Source of the DNA: a virus | Strand: one strand, 5' to 3' | Virus genome (UHGV): UHGV-0117806 | Length of the DNA stretch: 22,166 nucleotides | Part shown: one piece after another, positions 1 to 7,779 of the stretch | How positions within the stretch are numbered: the stretch's first letter is position 1 | Layout: each line of letters starts with the position of its first letter | The notes under the pieces: generated by a model | What the model saw: the letters and a program-made list of their open reading frames with translations, nothing else | What the model was told of the DNA's origin: nothing | Databases searched by the model: none | Position numbers and translations under genes: made by a program

Positions 1-159
1 AAAATCGATACTGGAAAAACTCTAACTCGGTGGCCAGTTTTTGTTGACCACTTCATCTACACTCGCGGCATTGGAAGCAAAGATATGGTCGTCTGGCACC
101 TGATGCACATTGATAAGGCTATCAACCACACGCTGGAGAAGTTCTTTCCACCAGCCTGA
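1..159 (+). CDS. C-terminal fragment of an unidentified protein (gene starts left of the window)
   Basis: Frame 1 is open from base 1 to TGA at 157-159 (52 sense codons ending ...HIDKAINHTLEKFFPPA); no start codon visible in window. Confidence 0.3.
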   Translation, partial: KIDTGKTLTRWPVFVDHFIYTRGIGSKDMVVWHLMHIDKAINHTLEKFFPPA

Positions 160-227
160 ACACAATGATTGTGCGCCTTATAGCGCCCATTAAGATAGAT
201 AAGTACTTACCAACAAGGAAAAAACAC

Positions 228-503
228 ATGAAGACTTTGGTTCGCATTTCATCTAGTACCGACTATGACGTTTACCCGTTGTTCATGATCAAGTGCGACG
301 GGCTGAACGATGAAGAAATTCAAGCGGCAATTGAACGCAATCTAGTTGAATACACAGGAATGGATGCGGATTCTATTTATATCGATGATGACGGTGTTTG
401 TTGGCACAACGGTAGCTGCTGGTACGTTGACGACACAATGCTGGTAAGCGATGAAGACGCGGCCCATCTTGAGCGCATTTTGGGTATCAGCACTTTTAAG
501 TGA
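228..503 (+). CDS. hypothetical protein (91 aa)
   Basis: ATG 228 preceded by AAGGA (216-220); same frame as track ORF 165..503, whose earlier start at 165 has no SD. No recognisable motifs. Confidence 0.55.
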   Translation: MKTLVRISSSTDYDVYPLFMIKCDGLNDEEIQAAIERNLVEYTGMDADSIYIDDDGVCWHNGSCWYVDDTMLVSDEDAAHLERILGISTFK

Positions 504-542
504 TATTTACAGCAAAAATATATAAGTTAGCATTTACCTATC

Positions 543-722
543 ATGAAAATTTCATTAGATATCACGTTACTTATTATCTCGATAGCCTTTGTGCTCGACT
601 GCATCTTCACAGGGGCAATCCGTAAAGCGCTGGCGCCTGTTAATGATGTGATGATCAATGCGCTGGCCGTAGTACTGGTCTTCGACTCAGCATTAGGCGT
701 TTTCAAAGGAGTCGTGGCATGA
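543..722 (+). CDS. small hydrophobic (membrane) peptide, 59 aa
   Basis: Below ORF-track size cutoff. ATG 543; stop TGA 720-722 overlaps ATG 719 of next gene (ATGA coupling). Hydrophobic sequence MKISLDITLLIISIAFVLDCIF... Weak SD. Confidence 0.35.
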   Translation: MKISLDITLLIISIAFVLDCIFTGAIRKALAPVNDVMINALAVVLVFDSALGVFKGVVA

Positions 723-1054
723 AGAAAACAGCCCTGGTACTGGCGCTGCTCACTCTCCCCGTCTTTGCGGACACACATGTCTATGAGTGCGAAATGTTTG
801 TGGTCGAAGCGAAAAACGGCCTGATCCGCAACGTCGTCAAAGCTAATTACGGCGCGATGGTTGTGGACCGCGGCGAACAGTTTTATGTGGTACGCGATAA
901 TCGTGTCCTGTCTTCCCCGTTTCTCACTAAACGTAACGGCGAACTATCTGGCGTAGGTAAAGATAGGTTCGTTTACAACAAATCGGGTGATGTATACGGC
1001 GTTCACGCGAAGAACGACAGCTACCTTTTCGATGACTGCAAGGAGATTAGTTGA
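719..1054 (+). CDS. secreted/periplasmic protein with N-terminal signal peptide (111 aa)
   Basis: AAGGAG 705-710 then ATG 719; N-terminus MKKTALVLALLTLPVFA is signal-peptide-like. Confidence 0.7.
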   Translation: MKKTALVLALLTLPVFADTHVYECEMFVVEAKNGLIRNVVKANYGAMVVDRGEQFYVVRDNRVLSSPFLTKRNGELSGVGKDRFVYNKSGDVYGVHAKNDSYLFDDCKEIS

Positions 1055-1266
1055 TGGCGGTTACACTGACAGGTCTGGAAATCGAAAAAACAAGCGGCTA
1101 CTGGCGTGCCAAAGGGTTCAAGCAGTCCGGCGTACTGGAACGACTGGAACGTGAAGATGGGTATATTGTCCACCAGCGACGTGAATGGCGCATGTACGAT
1201 CCGGAAACAGGTAAGCTCGCAACGAAGGCCGGGACACTCTGGGGTCTGCTGAAGAAAATCCACTGA
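1051..1266 (+). CDS. hypothetical protein (71 aa), coupled to upstream gene
   Basis: ATG 1051 overlaps stop of 719..1054 (ATGA); ORF ends just before the iteron array. Confidence 0.55.
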   Translation: MMAVTLTGLEIEKTSGYWRAKGFKQSGVLERLEREDGYIVHQRREWRMYDPETGKLATKAGTLWGLLKKIH

Positions 1267-1275
1267 TAACACTAT

Positions 1276-1996
1276 CCACTGCGGTGAGTAGCCAGCTCAC
1301 CGCGTGTGAATCCGGCTCATAACCACTGTAGCGAGTAGAACACCCTTCAGGTATGCACCCCAACCACTGTAGTGAGTAGAACACCATTCGGGTATGCACC
1401 CCAACCACTGTAGTGAGTAGAACACCATTCGGGTATGCACCCCAACCACTGTAGTGAGTAAAACACCATTCGGGTATGCACCCCAACCACTGTAGTGAGC
1501 AACCCCCCTGCCACGATATCAACTATCCACTGCAGTGAGTAAATTGGTGATTATCGGGGTCGCTATACACTGTAGTGAGTAAACAGGCGTTCACTGACTA
1601 CAAACAACCACTATAGAGAGTGATGGAATGCCCCCTCCAGCGGATATCCACTATGGAGAGTAAATCTTCGCTGTTTTAAACGGATATCCACTCACTACAG
1701 TGGATAGAGGTCAAGTCAGCCAATTCTGCTCTTCACAGTGGATAGTCAACAATGAGGAGAGCGACGATAACCGCTGTAGAGAGTAGACTTAACAGAGATA
1801 CCCAGTGACCGCTAACCTCTCAGCCCTTGTTTTATCTATGTTTGCAACCACTAACATTTACTTCGCGATTTGTGCGCACTGCCTACAGTGGTTATTCTTC
1901 GGTTTCTTTTACTCACTACAGTGGATATTGCATTTCCGATAAACAAAAAGGCTCACTACAGTAGATAGTGAGCCTTTTTACTCTCTACAGTGGTTG
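1276..1996. repeat. iteron array downstream of repA (about 17 copies of a CCACTGTAGTGAGTA-type core; incA-like control locus)
   Basis: Core copies at 1276, 1323, 1364, 1405, 1446, 1487, 1527, 1567, 1608, 1648, 1771 in direct orientation (1323-1501 are exact 41-bp tandem units); inverted copies (CTCACTACAGTGGATA) at about 1691, 1731, 1880, 1911, 1952, 1982. Confidence 0.85.
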
Positions 1997-1998
1997 GG

Positions 1999-3054
1999 CT
2001 ATTTGCGAGCCTTTGCCTTGCGCAGCTCTTCGAGAATCGCTAGTTCTTCCTTGCTCAACATGACCATTTCCCCGTCTTTTTCTTCAGGGGCAACATCGAT
2101 AATGTCCTCCGGATCATCACCTGGCAAAATATCTTCTGGCTCTTCAGGCGTAGCCATAGATGGCGGCAGTGCCGAACGTAACTTCGGCCGTCTATAGTGG
2201 ATGACGAAGTAGACCGAGCTGCCGCGTTTCACTTCAGTGTAATCGAGATAGCCGATCTCTCGCAGCTGCTCCATCGCCTTCCTGACTGTCGCATTCTGGG
2301 TAATGGTGCGGCTGGTTAAGTTAAGTCTGGCGCGTAAGCGAGCCAATGAGATTGGCGCCGGGTCTGGTGGCAAACTTTCAATGAAGGTGTAGAGCGCCTG
2401 CGCGGATTCTTTTCTGGAGAGTTCGTTGATGGCCCGAAGTTGCAAAAGCACCTTTTTGTCGAACTGGTAAAGTTCGAAAATCTTAGGATCGGCCTTCAGT
2501 TCGACCGTGTCATTCTTGGTACTGTACTTTGCCGTCTGCACAAGGTGCGTAACGTAATACTCTTCAGAGCCTTTGCTGCGGAATGAGATGGTGTTTGTGG
2601 CGATACGACTTAGAGAGCTGTCCAGGCGCTTACGTAACTTCGCGGACGATCTGGCTGTTGGTATGCCACAAAGTCTGACGAACTCGACGAACGGCAACGT
2701 GACGGTGTCACCAACAACCTTGTGCTTGGCGAACGCGTGGATGATGCCCACCCATGTTTTGAAATCGTTATCCATATCAAGACGAAGACCAGCAATCCTT
2801 ATATCCTCGTACCCTTCGGCTTTGGCCAGAGACAGCTGTTTGAGTTCAGCGGAGGCGTCCATAGAGACCATTTGCCCCTTTCTACCCCTGGATGTCGATT
2901 TCAGCGTCGGAACGAAGAGACCAAGACGCATCAGAGCAACAGGCTGAACTGTGTTGTTGGTGTTAGGAACTAACGTAACAACTTCGCCGGTCTTTTTGTC
3001 TGTTTCGGAAAATGCTTCGCTTATCGCAATGTTTTTATTGTCGTTTACGCTCAT
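1999..3054 (-). CDS. repA: iteron-binding replication initiator RepA (RepFIB / phage P1 RepA family)
   Basis: 351-aa ORF with blocks recognisable from RepFIB/P1 RepA ([58 protein letters not shown]); flanked on both sides by iterons. Confidence 0.92.
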   Translation of the reverse strand: MSVNDNKNIAISEAFSETDKKTGEVVTLVPNTNNTVQPVALMRLGLFVPTLKSTSRGRKGQMVSMDASAELKQLSLAKAEGYEDIRIAGLRLDMDNDFKTWVGIIHAFAKHKVVGDTVTLPFVEFVRLCGIPTARSSAKLRKRLDSSLSRIATNTISFRSKGSEEYYVTHLVQTAKYSTKNDTVELKADPKIFELYQFDKKVLLQLRAINELSRKESAQALYTFIESLPPDPAPISLARLRARLNLTSRTITQNATVRKAMEQLREIGYLDYTEVKRGSSVYFVIHYRRPKLRSALPPSMATPEEPEDILPGDDPEDIIDVAPEEKDGEMVMLSKEELAILEELRKAKARK

Positions 3055-3097
3055 TCCAAATGTCTCTTTTTATTCGACGGCTTGGGTGCCTTTACTG

Positions 3098-3217
3098 ATT
3101 ACAGTGGATAGTAGCACCCATCACAGTGGTTATCCTACCGCCTACAGCGGTTTTTCTACTCTCCATAGTGGTTGATTTACTCTCTATAGTGGTTGTTATT
3201 CTCACTATAGTGGATAT
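3098..3217. repeat. iteron set 1 upstream of repA (6 copies, TACAGTGG-type orientation)
   Basis: ttACAGTGGATA 3100, tcACAGTGGTTA 3121, CTACAGCGG 3143, CTCCATAGTGG 3160, CTCTATAGTGG 3181, CTCACTATAGTGGATA 3201. Confidence 0.8.
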
Positions 3218-3254
3218 CGATAACCTCTAAAGCCATGTGGCACAACGGTTTGCA

Positions 3255-3335
3255 GGGGCCGGGGATCTCTTTGGGTCTTTGTGGTTCTCTTTGGTTCTAA
3301 CAGGGATCTGAATTACTGGATCGGGCCTGTGTATA
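3255..3335. other. candidate origin module 1 (GGGGATCTCT...TGGATCGGGCCTGTG; 3 GATC sites)
   Basis: GATC at 3264, 3305, 3319 in an AT-rich gene-free stretch between two iteron sets; diverged duplicate of 3636-3712. Confidence 0.45.
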
Positions 3336-3495
3336 AAAATCAGATAATTACAAAATCAGGCATCACTCCCCTTCTGGGGATAATGTGTGATCGAAATAAA
3401 CACGCCGCAACGCAAAATTTACAATATTTCCAAGAATATCAGCCATCTGCCGCAGAAAAACAGGCTCGGAGTTATCCAGTTAAAACATTGTCTCC

Positions 3496-3600
3496 TACTC
3501 ACTACAGTGGATACCGACTACTCTCCAGAGAGGTTGTTTTGCTCTTCATAGCGGTTATTATGCTCTCTACAGTGGTTATTTTGCTCCCTATAGTGGATAG
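3496..3600. repeat. iteron set 2 upstream of repA (5 copies)
   Basis: CTCACTACAGTGGATA 3498, CTCTCCAGAGAGG 3521, CTCTTCATAGCGG 3543, CTCTCTACAGTGG 3563, CTCCCTATAGTGGATAG 3583. Confidence 0.8.
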
Positions 3601-3635
3601 TAACCCCTTCTCAAGCCAGTAACCGCAAGCGCTGG

Positions 3636-3712
3636 AGACGATCGGGGATCTCTTTTGATCTTCTGTAGGATCTCTCTGGGGATCTAAATATTGGATCGGG
3701 CCTGTGAATAAA
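3636..3712. other. candidate origin module 2 (Dam-site cluster: 6 GATC within about 60 bp)
   Basis: GATC at 3640, 3647, 3657, 3669, 3681, 3694, followed by TGGATCGGGCCTGTG as in module 1. This density is far above chance and typical of Dam/SeqA-controlled origins. Confidence 0.5.
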
Positions 3713-3796
3713 GTGAATAAGTAAACAGGCATTTGCAAACTCCGGTGCGCCTTATCCGTTATCGTTGCCCCGGACAAAATTATTTGAACAAGAATT

Positions 3797-4441
3797 ATGG
3801 ATCTTAAACGCACGCGCTGGGTTCGCCGTCTTGAAGATGGCTCCTACACCATTGAATCAAACACTAGTCTGAACAAACAGAAGTTGCTCTGCGACCTTTG
3901 CGGCATTGCTTCGAAATGCCCGATTAACGAAACCCGGCTTAAACTCCACGACGCCGGTGCGCATTTCCACCTAAACAGCTGCATACGTTACGTGCCACTA
4001 CTAGCATTTCGTAAACCGATCATCGGATTGGATGCTCCCTACTTCAACACACTGCGCTCTGGTGTCACTTGGCGAGATCGTGTCGAACCTGGCAAACTCG
4101 TTTGTCTGGTTGAAGCTGATACCGGAAATATCATCCGGTTCGGGAGAGTTGATAAGGTCTACTCAGGGCCGGTGGATGAAATGCTGCGGAAACACAGCCG
4201 ATTTAACCATCTCTGCATGGGCGGAGAGAAGATTGAGAAGGTTGGCGAAGTAATTCGCAAATCTTACGGACACTTTCTGAATGATAACAGCCTTCTGACA
4301 GCCATTTACATTCGCCATGTCGATCGGGAGTTCGACACGGAGTATCACAGTGTTGAAGAGTTGAATCTTGTAGACCCTCGTCCAAAAGCTGGGGTAATAG
4401 ACATCAGCAGAGCGCGTCAGAAGCCCTCAGAGACGTTTTAA
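3797..4441 (+). CDS. hypothetical protein (214 aa)
   Basis: Long ORF with ATG 3797 (no clear SD); no family recognised. Confidence 0.6.
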   Translation: MDLKRTRWVRRLEDGSYTIESNTSLNKQKLLCDLCGIASKCPINETRLKLHDAGAHFHLNSCIRYVPLLAFRKPIIGLDAPYFNTLRSGVTWRDRVEPGKLVCLVEADTGNIIRFGRVDKVYSGPVDEMLRKHSRFNHLCMGGEKIEKVGEVIRKSYGHFLNDNSLLTAIYIRHVDREFDTEYHSVEELNLVDPRPKAGVIDISRARQKPSETF

Positions 4442-4837
4442 AGGCAAACTCATGCTTTTTACCGGGCATAAAATATGGTGTCTTAGAAAGACACTGAGAG
4501 CTTTAGGGATTAATGCATGAGTGAATTTTATTCAAGAGCAGAAACTGTGGCCGACGGATGCGTTTGAAGACGACGCACGCAAACGCCGTAAATGTCATCT
4601 CACAACTTCACCGTCCGTTCTCCTTTTTCATTTCTTGTCATCAGTAAATGACTGCTCTCATAAAATTGCTTGTGACGTTTAGAAATCGTTGCTGCTCTAT
4701 CTGATAAGTATTTACTTACTTATTTTTTTATCATTATCATGTACCTTTATATTCTTTTGTATGCCGTTTTGTATGGGTTGTACGCCTCTTATGCACGCTT
4801 AGAATTTGTATCAAAATAACCACAAAGGAAAAGACAC

Positions 4838-5268
4838 ATGACATTGCCATACGGGGTAATATCAGATCCCCATTATCATCGTTGGGATGCTTTTGCGACA
4901 ACCCGCCCTACTCCAAAATCACCCCCTGGATAGACGCAGCCATTCGCGAGCAGGCGCGTGGAGTGACGACGGTCATGCTGATACCACAATCCCTCGATAC
5001 GCAGTGGTACGAGCGTGCGGCTGAATGCGCCAACGAAACCGTCATCTTGTCTGGCGGCCGCGTGGCGTTCGTTGAGCCGGATGTTGAACTTGGGCTGGTG
5101 GAGGTGAACATCAACCCTGGTGGCAGCATGTTGCTTATCTTCCGTGGCTACTGTCAGGAAGCTGGGCACACCATCAGCAAGATACCGCTGGCGGTGATGA
5201 AAAAGCTGGGTGGTTATGATCCTGCCAATGTTGTCAGGAAGAAGAGACCACGTAAAAAGGCAGCGTAA
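4838..5268 (+). pseudogene. phage-type N6-adenine DNA methyltransferase (small Dam family), apparently frameshifted/N-terminally truncated
   Basis: Good start (AAGGAA 4825-4830, ATG 4838) opens frame 2 and stops after about 31 codons. The DNPPY catalytic motif and the rest of the domain (…DNPPYSKITPWIDAAIRE…GGRVAFVEPD…) are in frame 1 (track ORF 4882..5268, TTG start, no SD). Confidence 0.5.
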
Positions 5269-5470
5269 ACACCAGTCTGGGAGTTAGTTTGAGAACCTGC
5301 TTCCGTATATATAAATAACTAAGTACTAATTATTAATATATACAGACGCAGGCTTTTTAAGACGTTATTTCCAAACAACTCCCAGACCGTTTTACACCTC
5401 CAGAACCCACTGGAACCCCTCTTCAGACGCTCTAGAATCGATTTTATGAACCACAGTAAGGAAAACTATC

Positions 5471-5701
5471 ATGGTATACCCGACGAACGTCGTAGCGCTC
5501 GTTGAGAGCGATTTTCTGGCCACAGTGCGCGACATGATGAAAGATCGCGATAAGGCTTTCAGTCTCTACGAATGGTCGCTCAGATGTCTTCATTCAGGCG
5601 AGCACAAAGAGCTGGTGGAACAGCTGTTAGGGGAACTCATCAATGAGGTGTTTGCCCTGAACGTCCAGCTTCATGGGCGAGAAATTAATCAATCAATATA
5701 A
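5471..5701 (+). CDS. hypothetical protein (76 aa)
   Basis: AAGGA 5458-5462 then ATG 5471; no family recognised. Confidence 0.6.
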   Translation: MVYPTNVVALVESDFLATVRDMMKDRDKAFSLYEWSLRCLHSGEHKELVEQLLGELINEVFALNVQLHGREINQSI

Positions 5702-6294
5702 TAGGTAAGTACTTACCATTCAAAACGCCACTAACCAGTGATACAATCTATCCGCTTCCGGATACTTTCGGCAGCTCGACCTGATGGGTGGGGGATAGCG
5801 TCACTGGCGTCAGGTTTAAAAAAGCTCACTACCAGCGTAGAACCGGCACCGTTTAGGGGTTGGGGAAGGGGGAACCAAAGTGGGCAGAGAGAAGGGTCAC
5901 TTTATGATTGTCGAGTCTGGAGTGTTTCGAGAGGTTGAATCCAGTACTCCCCTTCATAAAGTGTGGGAAGATCTCGGTTCTGGGGTGCTGTCATCCATAA
6001 CTTCCCAAGCCTAAGCTGGCAGTAGACTTAGGTCATAACTTTTCAGGTTATGAAACGACCAGGTTGGTGAGGAAATTTTGTACTCACCTCACTGGGAGAG
6101 TATTACTTGAAAAGACAACCTCTCACTTCGTTCGAGGTGAACTTCACTCACTTCGTTCGTTCAGTTCAGGTTTTATTAAAACCTGTTCTGGGAAGTAATT
6201 TTTCTTTTCTAAAAAATTTTTAATATTTACACGCACGCGTGCGCACACGCGCGAGGGAAAAAAAATCGTCGCGGCGCGCGATTCTGGAGCCAAA

Positions 6295-6903
6295 ATGACG
6301 ACCAAGAACCCAGTCCGGCAACGCACTGGCTGCCGCACGAAGTCTAAAGCCAGATGCCAAACCCACCAGCATTCCTGTACCAATTTCAACACACCCGTAG
6401 TCGAGTTCAATCCCCAGCTCAAAACCGTAAAAGTATTCAGTGATGGCTCCTGCCTCAAAAATCCGGGCGGGCCGGGCGGTTACGGTATCGTTCTCCAGTA
6501 TCGAGGCGAAGAGCGCGAGCTTTCTGAGGGCTTCCACAGCACGACCAACAATCGGATGGAGATGATGGGCGCCCTGATTGCGCTGGAGCGTCTGAAGTAC
6601 CCCTGCAACGTGATCCTGCATTCCGACAGCCAGTATCTTAAAAACGGCATGACGCTCTGGATGAAAGGCTGGAAGCGTAACGGATGGATCACGTCTGAGA
6701 AGAAGCCAGTCAAAAACGTGGATCTCTGGAAACGTCTCGACGTGGCCGCCAGTCGTCATAATGTCCGCTGGAAGTGGGTTAAAGGCCATGCAGGTCATCG
6801 CGAGAACGAAATGTGTGACCGTCTGGCGAAGATCGCCGCCTATTCCGCAGCTGATATGCCTCACAAGCATGACATTGGGTTTTTGTCACAAAAGTATAAG
6901 TAA
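6295..6903 (+). CDS. rnhA: ribonuclease HI with about 45-aa N-terminal extension
   Basis: RNase HI catalytic-core motifs in canonical order: [40 protein letters not shown] 6286-6289 then ATG 6295; no alternative in-frame start before the core. Confidence 0.85.
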   Translation: MTTKNPVRQRTGCRTKSKARCQTHQHSCTNFNTPVVEFNPQLKTVKVFSDGSCLKNPGGPGGYGIVLQYRGEERELSEGFHSTTNNRMEMMGALIALERLKYPCNVILHSDSQYLKNGMTLWMKGWKRNGWITSEKKPVKNVDLWKRLDVAASRHNVRWKWVKGHAGHRENEMCDRLAKIAAYSAADMPHKHDIGFLSQKYK

Positions 6904-6995
6904 GTATTTACCTACTATAATAAATCAGGTATCTTATAAATCGTCAGGATGACGAAGTACCGGTTAGGTACGGTTCCAGGATGGAACGCCAAAAG

Positions 6996-7026
6996 GCGGC
7001 TGGCTTGGCCAGCCGCAACTCTTTCT
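6996..7026 (+). terminator. hairpin terminator after rnhA
   Basis: GCGGCTGGC-ttg-GCCAGCCGC (6996-7016) followed by CTCTTTCT. Confidence 0.5.
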
Positions 7027-7045
7027 GACACTGAATGGAATCCAC

Positions 7046-7546
7046 ATGGCCCGTCAAACGTCTTTCACTTCTTTCAATAAACGTCCCCGTTCAATTCGCC
7101 TGGTGCTGACCGAGCTGTTTAGTGGTCGTGTTTCCGCACGCCTTACGGAACTGGAAGAACGAGTGTTTGAACTGGAGAAGCGCATTAATGTGCAAGCTAC
7201 CGCCATAGCTAATCAGGGCACGACAGTAGGCATGGAGAAGGTGCGTAATAGCGTCGCTTCTCGTGTGTTGCGTGAAACCCGGACACACAAGAACAGTTCT
7301 CATGGAAAATTTTCAACGAAATCGACTGAAGTCAATGGCCTACGGAGTGATTTTGGCAACTCTGGCAGCGGTTACCGTACCAGCCGGTCAGAGCCTTTTG
7401 ATGCCGGGCACAACTACTTCCACTGCCACCACAGCCTTGCAGATGACACCCCTGCCCGAACGACCTCCTGTCTCTCTGGATGGGATGCTGATGGACACGA
7501 TTCCAGCTCGACCTGCGACTCCGGATCTTCCTTCTACAGTGACTGA
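7046..7546 (+). CDS. hypothetical protein; only the first ~70 codons look protein-like
   Basis: ATG 7046 with weak SD; N-terminal part is coiled-coil-like (LTELEERVFELEKRINVQ). From about 7260 this frame becomes Ser/Gly-rich and overlaps 7302..7559 in another frame. Confidence 0.25.
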   Translation: MARQTSFTSFNKRPRSIRLVLTELFSGRVSARLTELEERVFELEKRINVQATAIANQGTTVGMEKVRNSVASRVLRETRTHKNSSHGKFSTKSTEVNGLRSDFGNSGSGYRTSRSEPFDAGHNYFHCHHSLADDTPARTTSCLSGWDADGHDSSSTCDSGSSFYSD

Positions 7547-7559
7547 GGCTATTGTATGA
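7302..7559 (+). CDS. hypothetical Thr/Pro-rich protein with hydrophobic N-terminal segment (85 aa)
   Basis: ATG 7302 (MENFQRNRLKSMAYGVILATLAAVTVPAG…); stop overlaps ATG 7556 of next gene (ATGA). Start uncertain. Confidence 0.4.
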   Translation: MENFQRNRLKSMAYGVILATLAAVTVPAGQSLLMPGTTTSTATTALQMTPLPERPPVSLDGMLMDTIPARPATPDLPSTVTEAIV

Positions 7560-7744
7560 AATGGAACTTCCAGAAATTCACCTTGATGATTGTTGGCTTT
7601 ACCGTTTTTTTGTTTAACGGCTGGATCATGAATCTGGTGAAACTTGTGAACGATGGCGATCTCCAGTCTCATGCCGGAGTGACACTTGCGCGTGTCGTGG
7701 GAGTTTTCATTGTTCCAGTGGGCGGCATCCTCGGGTTCTTTTAA
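7556..7744 (+). CDS. small membrane protein (62 aa)
   Basis: ATG 7556 coupled to upstream ORF; two hydrophobic segments (FTLMIVGFTVFLF, VVGVFIVPVGGILGFF). Confidence 0.5.
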   Translation: MKWNFQKFTLMIVGFTVFLFNGWIMNLVKLVNDGDLQSHAGVTLARVVGVFIVPVGGILGFF

Positions 7745-7779
7745 CCGACGAATAGGGGGGGGCATTAGCCCCTCAATCT

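Noticed and set aside
1323-1501. Regular 41-bp tandem repeats that superficially resemble a CRISPR array
   Set aside because: The inter-repeat segments are nearly identical to each other (…AGAACACCATTCGGGTATGCACCCCAA), so there are no unique spacers. They are iterons of the adjacent repA replicon.
1118-1522. 134-aa minus-strand ORF across the iteron array
   Set aside because: Repetitive translation of the tandem iterons (WLGCIPEWCF… repeated); no SD; an artefact of repeat DNA.
2573-2973. Plus-strand ORFs 2573..2947 and 2722..2973 inside repA
   Set aside because: Antisense shadow ORFs within a well-supported repA gene; no SD; non-protein-like composition.
5738-5938. 66-aa ORF with GTG start after the perfect palindrome
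   Set aside because: Start overlaps the predicted -10 hexamer; product is Gly/Arg/Trp-rich and not protein-like. Region treated as possible non-coding RNA or leader instead.
6220-6870. 216-aa minus-strand ORF
   Set aside because: Entirely antisense to the RNase HI gene, which has unambiguous catalytic motifs on the plus strand.
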